DNA from: Vampirovibrionales bacterium
GTDB lineage: Bacteria > Cyanobacteriota > Vampirovibrionia > Vampirovibrionales > JAJTHC01
Assembly (NCBI GenBank): GCA_947458095.1
Contig: CANGYO010000002.1
Coordinates: 919 to 64,918 of the forward strand
Direction of reading: 5' to 3'
Length of the DNA stretch: 64,000 nucleotides
Each line of letters starts with the position of its first letter. Positions within the stretch are counted from its first letter, which is position 1. The notes beneath the pieces were generated by a model, which was given only the letters and a program-made list of their open reading frames with translations, had not been told where the DNA came from and made no database searches. Below are positions 1 to 8,767 of the stretch, piece by piece. A program made the position numbers and the translations under genes.

Positions 1-2
1 TC

Positions 3-668
3 GATGCCCTACCCCCCACCCTCACCCCCCGATGCGTCCCCTTCTTTTGGTCGGATCTCTTCGATCAAAGCCCTGCGGGCAAAGTCGCAGGTACCCTCAT
101 TAAAACGCTCAACACCTTTACGCCTGTTTTTGCCCCCCTTGTGTTCCCCAACCAAGGCGTAAACGTGCAAAGCGTGATCAATGCGGGGATTCAGTACATC
201 GCTGTGCCGTTTTTGAATCAATGGCTCGACAAGTGTGCGGACGTTTTGGCGTACAACAGCGTCCGCCAAAATGCCTTCAAACGCCTCGATGCCTTGATTT
301 CAGAACAAGCAGGTGATGTCATCCTCGTCGCCCATTCCATGGGGAGCGTGCTGGCGTTCGAGTTTCTGCAAACGCCAACCGCTTCAACAGGCAAAGTCAT
401 CCGCTTGATTAGCCTGGGTTCTCCGTTGGACAGGCAACCCATTAAACGCCAAGTCCAGCAACGCACAGGCGGTAAAACGACGGTGCCGTGTGACTGGCTC
501 AACCTTTGGGGGACGCTCGATCTCGTCTGTTGCTGGCAACCGTGGAAATCGGGGGAACTCGACACCTTTCGCCCGCATGAACAGATTAAAATCCCGTGGC
601 AGGGGCATCACTTGGCGTCCTATGTCGCCCATATTCCTCCCCACTATTTGACGCATGCCAACGTATAG
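3..668 (+). CDS. alpha/beta-hydrolase fold (lipase-like) protein, probably 5'-partial
   Basis: ORF track gives 141..668 (GTG), but the same frame reads stop-free back to nt 3, so the gene likely starts left of the window. Nucleophile-elbow motif VAHSMGS (GxSxG). Confidence 0.5.
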   Translation, partial: DALPPTLTPRCVPFFWSDLFDQSPAGKVAGTLIKTLNTFTPVFAPLVFPNQGVNVQSVINAGIQYIAVPFLNQWLDKCADVLAYNSVRQNAFKRLDALISEQAGDVILVAHSMGSVLAFEFLQTPTASTGKVIRLISLGSPLDRQPIKRQVQQRTGGKTTVPCDWLNLWGTLDLVCCWQPWKSGELDTFRPHEQIKIPWQGHHLASYVAHIPPHYLTHANV

Positions 669-759
669 ACCCTATAGAGGAAACGATCAAGACGGTTATA
701 AAGAAGATGTAAAGATCTTGTACAGGTTTACAACTGAATAAACCAACTATGACCCCTAA

Positions 760-795
760 GGCTTGAAGTGACGTCGACTTCAAGCCCTTATTTTA
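760..795 (+). terminator. rho-independent terminator candidate
   Basis: 10-bp stem GGCTTGAAGT/ACTTCAAGCC with a 7-nt loop, followed by CTTATTTTA. Confidence 0.55.
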
Positions 796-948
796 CAAGG
801 TTTTTTCGGATATCTTGCCCTTTCGCAAGATGCCCCCAAGACGCCGTGTAAAGATGGGACAAAAAGTCTCTTTAAACGAGCTAGTCAAACAAAGCACCTT
901 TCTGTATAGTAAAGGTATCCCCTTACTTAATAGAATTGGATTTTTTCT

Positions 949-1317
949 ATGGCAGTCGTTGCATCTAATAAAACCGAAATCACTTTGCCTCAATTGCTGG
1001 CGTTTCCCTTACAGGAACGTACGGCTCGGGTCAAGGGTGTGTTTTTAGTGGCGAATAATTCATCTGCCAACTTTCATGTGTTGGAAGATGCCTTGCTGGC
1101 GATGGGTCACGCTCATGTGGCGGGTTTTTTGATTGATGTCTTGGCATCGGAAAGCAGTTCTCAAGCGGATATTCAACTGGCGAGCATGACGCTGATTCGC
1201 ATGGGCAATGCCGTGCGTGAAGATGTCTTGCGTTTTGCGATGAATGCCACAGGCGAGCGTGCCGTGTGGATCGCCGATTTTATGGTGCATCAACTCGGTT
1301 TGGAAAAGGCTAGTTGA
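949..1317 (+). CDS. hypothetical protein
   Basis: 122-aa ORF with no recognisable motif; the only sizeable ORF in this gap. Confidence 0.35.
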   Translation: MAVVASNKTEITLPQLLAFPLQERTARVKGVFLVANNSSANFHVLEDALLAMGHAHVAGFLIDVLASESSSQADIQLASMTLIRMGNAVREDVLRFAMNATGERAVWIADFMVHQLGLEKAS

Positions 1318-1340
1318 GAACGAGCCTACGAACTTGGTTT

Positions 1341-1425
1341 CGTCATTGCGAGCGTAGCGTGGCAATCCGCTTAGCCCTTGCGTGTTGAAGTCTGAACAGA
1401 TTGCTTCGTTGCACTCGCAATGACG
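1341..1425. repeat. palindromic hairpin repeat, type I
   Basis: Arms CGTCATTGCGAGCGTAGCGTGGCAATC and GATTGCTTCGTTGCACTCGCAATGACG. Same family as 31068, 31923 and 35148. Confidence 0.85.
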
Positions 1426-1468
1426 GTGAGTTATTTGGATTTTTTGAATAGATTTCTATACTATACGC

Positions 1469-2974
1469 CTACGAACGAGCCGTCACCAACTGCGTCGCAG
1501 GAGCCATCGGGTAGTAGTTCGGGGCAGACCAGTTGTAGCCAATGTTGTCTAAAATACGTTGAATGCGTTGATGCAACTCTTCAGGCGCCATCGTTTTTTC
1601 TTGCAGGTCTTTTTTTAAATTACGCAAGGCATGTTCCAACTGCGAACGTTCACTAATGGCTTTAAAGTGAGGTTCTAACGTGGTGAGCTTGTAGCTTTCA
1701 TACTGCTTTTCCGTTTCCGCATTCAAACGAGTCACTTCAATTTCACGCAAGCCTTCCACCAAAAACTGCATGGTGCGTAACATCACACCCATGGCAACAA
1801 ACAGCCCTGCCATAATAAAACCCTGCTTCGACTGAAAGAAATGCAACAAAACCGCTTCCGTATTTTGGGGTGCTAGCGTATTTTTAATCAGCACTCTCTT
1901 TTCATGGGTAGGACTCATCGCCTTTTTGGGATCTTGTTCAAGGGCGTAGCTCAAGGGTTCCACCACCTTTGCCATACTTTCACGAATCGCTTTTACGGCA
2001 TACACGCCAACCGTTGCCATGGTAAAGCCTAAACCTGCCCCCACCGCATTTAACGACCATCGTGATGCCTTCTTAAAATCGAGTGGAACCGTCGTTTCAG
2101 GCACCTTCGGCATCCATGTCGCTTCTGTCTGCGTGGCATCTGTTTTTTCGCTTGCGTTGTCGTTTTTCGACTTGGCAAACTGGGCTTGCCGAGGCATGGG
2201 GCTTCGGTTTTGGGGCAGGATCGCAAAATTGCTTTGCTTATGACGAAAATCGTCTTGCTCACGAATTTTATTGGGGCGATTGAACGTTGGCGTGCATTCA
2301 AAGGGCAGGGGCGACAAGTAAGCATCCGCCATGGGGATGCCTTCTTCGGCTAAAATACGGCGGATTCGAGCTTCCGCATAGGCGTGGTTGTCTTCATCAA
2401 TCTGCGTTTTCGCTTCAATTGATTGTTGGTATGCCGTGCTTAAGCTACCCACCAAATTCGCTCTAATCTGGCTTTCTTGCCAACGCACCCACACTTCTTG
2501 CAAACCGCTTAACACGTTACTTGCCAAGTAGCTTACGCCCAAAACGGCTGTGGCGCCTACAGCAGGGCGTGTGAGGTGCGGTGCCAATACGGGAATCATC
2601 ATCATTAAGACGGCAGGATCCGCCAAAAAAGCGACCAGCTCATTTTGGTGATTTTGGTGAGGGGCTTCATCCAAATGTTCTAAATCCTTGACGACGGTTC
2701 CTAGGGACTCTAAGCTTTTTGAGCTATTAGGTAACGGGTGACGCATCCATAAGGGGGCAAGTAGTAAGGCACCTAAGCCGCCTAAGCCTGTGAAAATAAG
2801 GAACTCGGACGGCGTGGGAATGGAGGTTTTGACGAGGTGACTGTCGGCGACTTTGGCAGGAGCCTTCGTCGGAGATTCGCTAGACACGGCAAAGCTTTCA
2901 CGTCCTTGCTTCTGAACGCAGGGGCGTTCAGGCGTGTGGCGAAAAGACAGAGTTGAAAGAGGCGTCGAATACAT
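1469..2974 (-). CDS. hypothetical multi-pass membrane protein
   Basis: 501-aa ORF with several Gly/Ala-rich hydrophobic segments (FTGLGGLGALLLAPLW, AVGAGLGFTMATVGVYAV). No family recognised. Confidence 0.6.
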   Translation of the reverse strand: MYSTPLSTLSFRHTPERPCVQKQGRESFAVSSESPTKAPAKVADSHLVKTSIPTPSEFLIFTGLGGLGALLLAPLWMRHPLPNSSKSLESLGTVVKDLEHLDEAPHQNHQNELVAFLADPAVLMMMIPVLAPHLTRPAVGATAVLGVSYLASNVLSGLQEVWVRWQESQIRANLVGSLSTAYQQSIEAKTQIDEDNHAYAEARIRRILAEEGIPMADAYLSPLPFECTPTFNRPNKIREQDDFRHKQSNFAILPQNRSPMPRQAQFAKSKNDNASEKTDATQTEATWMPKVPETTVPLDFKKASRWSLNAVGAGLGFTMATVGVYAVKAIRESMAKVVEPLSYALEQDPKKAMSPTHEKRVLIKNTLAPQNTEAVLLHFFQSKQGFIMAGLFVAMGVMLRTMQFLVEGLREIEVTRLNAETEKQYESYKLTTLEPHFKAISERSQLEHALRNLKKDLQEKTMAPEELHQRIQRILDNIGYNWSAPNYYPMAPATQLVTARS

Positions 2975-3150
2975 GAAGCGTCCATATATAATTTAGAGAG
3001 TTTGACTTTTATTATACGATAAAAAGACGTCATGTATAGACGTCTCGCAAAAGTGATGTCATTTACTTTATCGCTACGATTATTTGTGGGCGGATTCAAG
3101 TAAACAGTGGTTGATCTACAAAACATCGAAAGGCTTGTAAAAAGCGAAAA

Positions 3151-3224
3151 TGCGCAGCGAGGGATTCGAACCCCCGACCTCATGGTTCGTAGCCATGCAC
3201 TCTATCCAACTGAGCTAGCCGCGC
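3151..3224 (-). tRNA. tRNA-Arg (anticodon ACG)
   Basis: Reverse complement reads GCGCGGCTAGCTCAGTTGGATAGAGTGCATGGCTACGAACCATGAGGTCGGGGGTTCGAATCCCTCGCTGCGCA. Cloverleaf with anticodon loop CTACGAA and T-loop GGTTCGAATCC; CCA is not encoded. Confidence 0.9.
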
Positions 3225-3278
3225 AAAGGGTTTCTATAAAGCTCAATATAAAACGAACATATCCCAAACGCAAGCCTT

Positions 3279-3306
3279 TTCACAAAATCGATTTTACTGC
3301 TATAAT
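3279..3306 (+). promoter_or_regulatory. sigma70-like promoter candidate
   Basis: TTCACA, 16-nt spacer, TATAAT, about 40 nt upstream of the 3346 start. Confidence 0.3.
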
Positions 3307-3345
3307 AAGGGAGATGTTTGAATTATTGAATAAGGATACCCTTCC

Positions 3346-3738
3346 ATGACCACCGAAGAAAAAATTGTTACCACGCCTAAATCTAGCGAAACCGTTGAAG
3401 TCGTTGACCAAACGCCTGTTGACGTCCCTTTTGACCCTCGCCCCAAAAACATCGATGCCCTTACGCAAAGCACCGCTCGCTTTAGCCGTAAAGGGTGGGA
3501 TGTCTTCTTGAATCTAAAAGAAGACCTTGAAAAAATCACCTATAAACGCATTGAGCTTCGCATGGTCGCTCGTTCTGAAGCAGGAGCGAAAACCTTTGCT
3601 GAAGCCCTTGAAGCGATTTCCGTTCCTGCGGTGAAAGTCTACGGCGTGAACATTCGCACGATTACCACGTTTGCGAAATTGCAAGAGGTTATTAAGCACC
3701 CCGATTTGTTGAGCGTTGATTTAACGCTATTGGACTAA
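3346..3738 (+). CDS. hypothetical protein
   Basis: 130-aa ORF. First of three tightly packed same-strand genes ending in radA. Confidence 0.55.
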   Translation: MTTEEKIVTTPKSSETVEVVDQTPVDVPFDPRPKNIDALTQSTARFSRKGWDVFLNLKEDLEKITYKRIELRMVARSEAGAKTFAEALEAISVPAVKVYGVNIRTITTFAKLQEVIKHPDLLSVDLTLLD

Positions 3739-3741
3739 GCC

Positions 3742-4110
3742 GTGAGCCTACCTCGACTCAACAGCGAAGACTGGGACAAGCTCACTTGGCAGATCTGTGA
3801 ACTGCTTTATGTCAAAGCCGTGCAAGACGGCTTGGATGAAGTGGATTCTTCAGGCTTTGCGACGCAAGAGTTTAAGCCCCACCTGCACAAGCGAGATGTG
3901 GATCGCTTTAAAAAACGCTTACACGAGCTGGTGATGCTGGACTTGGTGCAAGCCAAGGAAGACAATCACGGGCAGAAACGCTATATTTTCGACCTGTATC
4001 AGCTTAATCGCTATCAGGATCGTGAGGATGTCGTGCCTGTGTTTGAACGGCTCAACGGCTTGCATGGCGATGAGGCGGAAGAAGGGAACCCCTATTCGTG
4101 GCAAAAGTAA
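3742..4110 (+). CDS. hypothetical protein
   Basis: 122-aa ORF with GTG start 4 nt after the previous stop. Its 3' end overlaps the radA start by 13 nt. Confidence 0.5.
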   Translation: MSLPRLNSEDWDKLTWQICELLYVKAVQDGLDEVDSSGFATQEFKPHLHKRDVDRFKKRLHELVMLDLVQAKEDNHGQKRYIFDLYQLNRYQDREDVVPVFERLNGLHGDEAEEGNPYSWQK

Positions 4111-5606
4111 AACGTAAGTATGTCTGTCAATCCTGTGAATATGAATCCGCCGTGCATGTCGGGCGGTGCCATAATTGCGGTGCGTGGAACAGCTTTCAAG
4201 AAGTCGTTGAAGCCCCTGCTTCTGCCGTGCAAGTCCCTGCTTACGCCAGCTTGAGCCGTGGCGACCTCGACCTTGAAAGTGAAGCCTCATGGAGCGGGAA
4301 CATCCCCACGCCGTCTTTCGGAGCCTCCCCCCTTTCGACCGCACCCCTCTTCAGCACGGATAAAATCCAGCTCATGCCCTTGTCGGATGTCGATATGTCC
4401 ACCGCCCCTCGCTTTTCAACGCTGATGCCTGAACTCGACCGTGTCCTCGGCGGAGGCTTACTCCAAGGTGCCTACATCTTGGTCGGTGGCGATCCAGGGA
4501 TTGGCAAATCTACGCTGATGATTCAAGCCGCTGCTAACTTGGCGTTAACAGGCAAGAAGGTCATCTACGTCACAGGGGAAGAATCGGGCGTGCAGATTAA
4601 GCATCGAGCCGAGCGTTTGCCACTCGAAGGGGCGAGCCAGATTCTGCTTTTGGCGGAAGTCAAGCTTCAAAACATCTTGCAAGCCATTCTGCTTGAAAAG
4701 CCCGATGTGCTGATTGTCGATTCCATTCAATCGCTTATGGATGCCAATGTGTCTGGCACTCCCGGAGCGAACAACCAAGTCAAAGCCTGTGCCAATGCCC
4801 TCATGCAAGTCGCCAAAGGCTTGAACATCACCACGTTTTTAATCGGTCACGTCACCAAAGACGGTCAGTTGTCTGGTCCTAAATTGCTGGAACATATGGT
4901 GGATGCCGTCTTGTACTTTGAAGGCGAGCGTTACAAGGATTTACGGCTTTTGCGTTCGGTGAAAAACCGCTTTGGTTCCACGCAAGAAATGGGCGTGTTT
5001 GAAATGCAGGAAAGTGGCTTGAAAGACGTCCTCAATCCGTCTGAAGTCTTTTTGTCGGACGCTGCCTTGCACCCAGTCCCTGGATGCGTGACCGTCTGTA
5101 GCTTGGAAGGGAGCCGTCCTTTATTGATTGAACTTCAAGCCTTGGCAGGGCAGAGCGTGTATGCGTCGCCTCGTCGGGTGGTGAACGGGGTTGAAACGAA
5201 CCGATTGCATCAGGTGATTGCGGTTTTGGAGCGTCGAGTGGGCTTGAGTTTTGCGGATTTAGACTTGTATATCAACGTCGTGGGTGGTATGAAGATCGAC
5301 GAGCCTGCGGTGGATTTGGGCATGGCGTTGGCGTTGGTCACCAGTCTGCGAGACGTGAGCGTGAAATCAGGCACGGTGCTGATGGGTGAAATCGGCTTAA
5401 CAGGGGAAATCCGCAGTGTGCGTCGTTGGCGAGAACGGCTCATGGAAGCGGTCAAAATAGGCTTTACACGGATTGTGTTGCCGTTGCCACAAGGTCGCAC
5501 GCAAGCCGTCGATGTCGATGCCTTAAAGAAGGAGTTGCCTGTGGGCGTAGAGCTTTATTTCGTCCGCAACATTCGAGATGCCATTACTGCTTGCTTAGAC
5601 GCTTAG
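4098..5606 (+). CDS. radA: DNA repair protein RadA
   Basis: N-terminal zinc finger CQSCEYESAVHVGRCHNCGAWN, Walker A GDPGIGKST, KNRFG motif and Lon-protease-like C-terminal domain. Confidence 0.95.
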   Translation: MAKVKRKYVCQSCEYESAVHVGRCHNCGAWNSFQEVVEAPASAVQVPAYASLSRGDLDLESEASWSGNIPTPSFGASPLSTAPLFSTDKIQLMPLSDVDMSTAPRFSTLMPELDRVLGGGLLQGAYILVGGDPGIGKSTLMIQAAANLALTGKKVIYVTGEESGVQIKHRAERLPLEGASQILLLAEVKLQNILQAILLEKPDVLIVDSIQSLMDANVSGTPGANNQVKACANALMQVAKGLNITTFLIGHVTKDGQLSGPKLLEHMVDAVLYFEGERYKDLRLLRSVKNRFGSTQEMGVFEMQESGLKDVLNPSEVFLSDAALHPVPGCVTVCSLEGSRPLLIELQALAGQSVYASPRRVVNGVETNRLHQVIAVLERRVGLSFADLDLYINVVGGMKIDEPAVDLGMALALVTSLRDVSVKSGTVLMGEIGLTGEIRSVRRWRERLMEAVKIGFTRIVLPLPQGRTQAVDVDALKKELPVGVELYFVRNIRDAITACLDA

Positions 5607-5624
5607 CTCCGTTTATCGCCGAAT

Positions 5625-5652
5625 TATAGTACTTTATAGATAAAACACTATA
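5625..5652. repeat. 28-nt mini-palindrome related to the variant element terminus at 61516
   Basis: TATAGTACTTTATAGATAAAACACTATA. Compare TATAGTGTTCGATAGATAAAAC at 61516 and TATAGTGTCCGATAGATAAAAC at 8423. Confidence 0.5.
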
Positions 5653-5686
5653 ATAATTTCCTGTACAGTGTGCTTGAACAAAACGG

Positions 5687-8335
5687 TTATACGACGAAAC
5701 GATTTAAGGCTTCGGCTAAGGCGTCGCCTTGCTTACCGCCTGCTTGGGCAAAGGTGGGTTTGCCACCGCCACCGCCGCCGCAGGCTTGAGCCAACTGCTT
5801 CACGATGTCGCCCGCCTTCACGCCGTGGGCTTTCACCACGGCATCCGCCACCCAAGTCAAAATCAGAGCAGCCCCTTCGCTAGACACCGATCCTAAAATT
5901 AGCACGCCCTTGTGTTTCGCTTGATTCATCACGGCTTCGCCCAGCGCTTTCAAGGCATCACTACTTGCATTGGGGATCAAATGCTTGACCAATGGCACGG
6001 CATTGATAGACGCGTTAAAGGCGTCGACCAAGTCACCGACTTGGCTGAGCAAGGCTTTTTCTTCTAAGGAAGTGATCGTTTTTTCCAAACGCTTGACATC
6101 ATCTTGCAACTTTTGCAAGCGAGCAAACACTTCTCCAGTGGGGACTTTTAGATGCGTCGCCAATTGCTTGACTTGATTGTCGGCTTGCCTAAATTGGCGA
6201 TACGCTTCATAGCCAGCGACAAACTCCAAGCGACGCACACCAGCTGCCAACGCTGATTCTTGGTTGATTTTCACCACGCCAATGCTTGCGGTATTGCCGA
6301 CGTGTGTGCCTCCGCAGAGTTCTTTAGAATGCGAGCCGATCGCCACAACACGCACGGTGTCGCCATATTTTTCGCCAAACATCATGACCGCCCCTGATGC
6401 TTTCGCTTCTTCGATGTTCGCTTCCACCACGCCTGTATTTTCGCCTGCTTGAATCCACTGATTCACCAAGCCTTCGATTTGATTCAATTCATCCAAGCTC
6501 ACGCCCCGATTGAAACTAAAGTCAAAGCGAGCCGATTCCGCCGAAACATAGCTCCCTGCTTGAGCCACATCATCGCCCAAGACTTTTTTCAAGGCGGCGT
6601 GTAATAAATGCGTCGCACTATGATGCAAGGTGACGTTTGCCCGATGCACATCGTCGACTTCCGCCGTCAAGACGTCGCCTTCGCTGATGCCGTCGCCTTG
6701 ATCGTAAACGCAATCATGCACGAATAAATCGCCGACTTTCTGCACATCCTTCACCAAAACGGTGAGGGCTTTTTGTCCTGCTTCAAGCTGTAACTGTCCT
6801 TTGTCGCCGACTTGCCCCCCGCTTTCGCCGTAGAAGGGGGTTTTGTCTAAAACGCATTGAAACGGCGTATTCACGCCTGAAACGGTGGAAACACGCTCTC
6901 CATTTAAGATGAGGGCTTTAATGGTAACCGTTTCACTAAGCCTGTTGTAGCCGACAAATTCGGTGGCTCCGATGTCTTGATACAGTTCGGTGAACAATTG
7001 ATCATCCACCACACCGACGCTTTTACGAGCGGAACGTGCCAAGTCTTTAGCGTTTTTCATCGCCTGATGAAAACCTGCTTCGTCCAATTCCAAGCCACGT
7101 TCTTGCACGATGTCTTTGGTGAGTTCGACAGGGAATCCGTAGGTATCGTAAAGTTTGAAGGCTTCTTCGCCGTCTAAAACCGAGCCGTTTAAGACGTCGA
7201 GTAAATCTTCCAAGCGTTTACTGCCTTTGTCGAGCGTTTCTAAAAAGCGAGCTTCTTCACGTTCTAACGTATTTTGCGTGTACTGAAAACGTGCGATGAG
7301 TTCAGGATACTGATGTCCATATTCCGCCTTGATAATCGGCAAAATGGCGTGTAAGAAGGGGGCTTCCATGCCCAAGAATCGCTTCCCAAACCGAACAGCT
7401 CGACGCAGTACCATGCGGATGATATAGCCACGCCCTTCATTCGACGGCACGACGCCGTCTGCCATGGTGAAAGCGAGCAAACGCAAGTGATCCGCCACGA
7501 TTTTGAGGGCAACGTCCGTTTCTTCAGACTGCTTATAAGGCACCCCTGTGTGAGCCGTGACCGCTTGCACGATATTTTGAAACAAGTCGGTTTCAAAGGT
7601 ATTGTCGACCCCTTGCACGACCATCGCCAAACGCTCAAGCCCTGCCCCTGTATCGACATTCTTATGTTCTAAGGGCGTAATCGTACCGTCGATGTCTTGA
7701 AATAGCTCCATCAGCACCAAGTTCCAAATTTCAATGAGACGGTCGTCTAAGTCATCTTCGGGGTTTTGGGTGAGGTCATAGTGAATTTCGGTACAAGGCC
7801 CGCAAGGGCCTGATGCCCCTGGTGGCCCCCAAAAGTTATCTTTTTTCCCACATTTGAATAATCGAGACGCAGGCACGCCGACGATCTCATGCCAAATGCG
7901 GTAGCTTTCTTCATCGTCTTCATACACCGAAACCCACAAACGTTCAGGATCCAACCCCAAAACATCCGTGCAGAACTCCCAGCTCCACGGAATGACGTCT
8001 TCACGGAAGTAGTCGCCGAAGCTGAAATTACCCATCATTTCAAAGAAGGTGTGGTGACGGGGGGTGCGTCCGATATTTTCAAGATCGCTGTCTTTGCCAG
8101 AGACTCTCGCACATTTTTGAGCCGTGGTGAGTCGTGGGGGATTGGGGCGTGGTTCAATACCTAAGAAAATCGGCACAAAGGGGAGCATCCCTGCAGGGGT
8201 GAGCAATACGGTGGGGTTGTTAATGGGAATCAAGCTGGCGGACGCTTTGCGTTTGTGTCCGCATTTTTCTTCAAAAAAGCGTAGGAAGGCTTCACGAATT
8301 TCAGTGCCTGTAAAGGGGTTGGATGAACTAGACAT
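5687..8335 (-). CDS. alaS: alanine--tRNA ligase
   Basis: 882 aa. Class II AlaRS core (FFEMMGNFSFGDYF, WGPPGASGPCGPCTEIH), editing-domain HSATHLLH and C-terminal GGGGGGK. Confidence 0.97.
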   Translation of the reverse strand: MSSSSNPFTGTEIREAFLRFFEEKCGHKRKASASLIPINNPTVLLTPAGMLPFVPIFLGIEPRPNPPRLTTAQKCARVSGKDSDLENIGRTPRHHTFFEMMGNFSFGDYFREDVIPWSWEFCTDVLGLDPERLWVSVYEDDEESYRIWHEIVGVPASRLFKCGKKDNFWGPPGASGPCGPCTEIHYDLTQNPEDDLDDRLIEIWNLVLMELFQDIDGTITPLEHKNVDTGAGLERLAMVVQGVDNTFETDLFQNIVQAVTAHTGVPYKQSEETDVALKIVADHLRLLAFTMADGVVPSNEGRGYIIRMVLRRAVRFGKRFLGMEAPFLHAILPIIKAEYGHQYPELIARFQYTQNTLEREEARFLETLDKGSKRLEDLLDVLNGSVLDGEEAFKLYDTYGFPVELTKDIVQERGLELDEAGFHQAMKNAKDLARSARKSVGVVDDQLFTELYQDIGATEFVGYNRLSETVTIKALILNGERVSTVSGVNTPFQCVLDKTPFYGESGGQVGDKGQLQLEAGQKALTVLVKDVQKVGDLFVHDCVYDQGDGISEGDVLTAEVDDVHRANVTLHHSATHLLHAALKKVLGDDVAQAGSYVSAESARFDFSFNRGVSLDELNQIEGLVNQWIQAGENTGVVEANIEEAKASGAVMMFGEKYGDTVRVVAIGSHSKELCGGTHVGNTASIGVVKINQESALAAGVRRLEFVAGYEAYRQFRQADNQVKQLATHLKVPTGEVFARLQKLQDDVKRLEKTITSLEEKALLSQVGDLVDAFNASINAVPLVKHLIPNASSDALKALGEAVMNQAKHKGVLILGSVSSEGAALILTWVADAVVKAHGVKAGDIVKQLAQACGGGGGGKPTFAQAGGKQGDALAEALNRFVV

Positions 8336-8422
8336 AAGGCAAACGGCTCCATGGGGTAAAGAGGGTCAACGTTTTTATCATATCATAAATATAAGTAGCC
8401 TATTTTCAGCTTGACTCAGTTC

Positions 8423-8578
8423 TATAGTGTCCGATAGATAAAACCAATTAAACGATGGCTCCTTCGTTGTTGCTCGGGTGTTGGATTGGTGTATGGTCGT
8501 CTTGTACCCCTCACCTATTTGCGATTCTACGCTCCTAGAATCGCCCTATACGCTATTCAGCCTGTGAAAGGCTATAAG
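8423..8578. mobile_element. degenerate copy of the TIR element family
   Basis: Carries the conserved core blocks CTTCGTTGTTGCTCGG and GCTCCTAGAAT. The left end has both terminus types (TATAGTGTCCGATAGATAAAA followed by CCAATTAAACGAT); the right end is eroded. Confidence 0.55.
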
Positions 8579-8767
8579 CATCCTAAGCATGGATGATTTT
8601 AACAGCATCCTTAAATATATAGAGAACATTCATCCTACGAATGATTGAAAAGACGATCAGACTTTCTACAATGAAAGAAAGCCCCCTTTACAATGAAAGA
8701 AGAGTATTGGTCTATCTATTTTGTGTCTCCAATCAAAATATCTATTTAATGTAAGGACATACCTGCT

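Noticed and set aside
8431-8440. Sigma-28-like -10 box (CCGATAG) upstream of the che operon
   Set aside because: It is part of the repeated element terminus found at three loci, and there is no TAAA -35 element at the right spacing.
8336-8440. T-box or other leader upstream of alaS (also checked for hisS)
   Set aside because: The 5' regions are short and show no specifier or T-box sequence. hisS follows purA by 15 nt.
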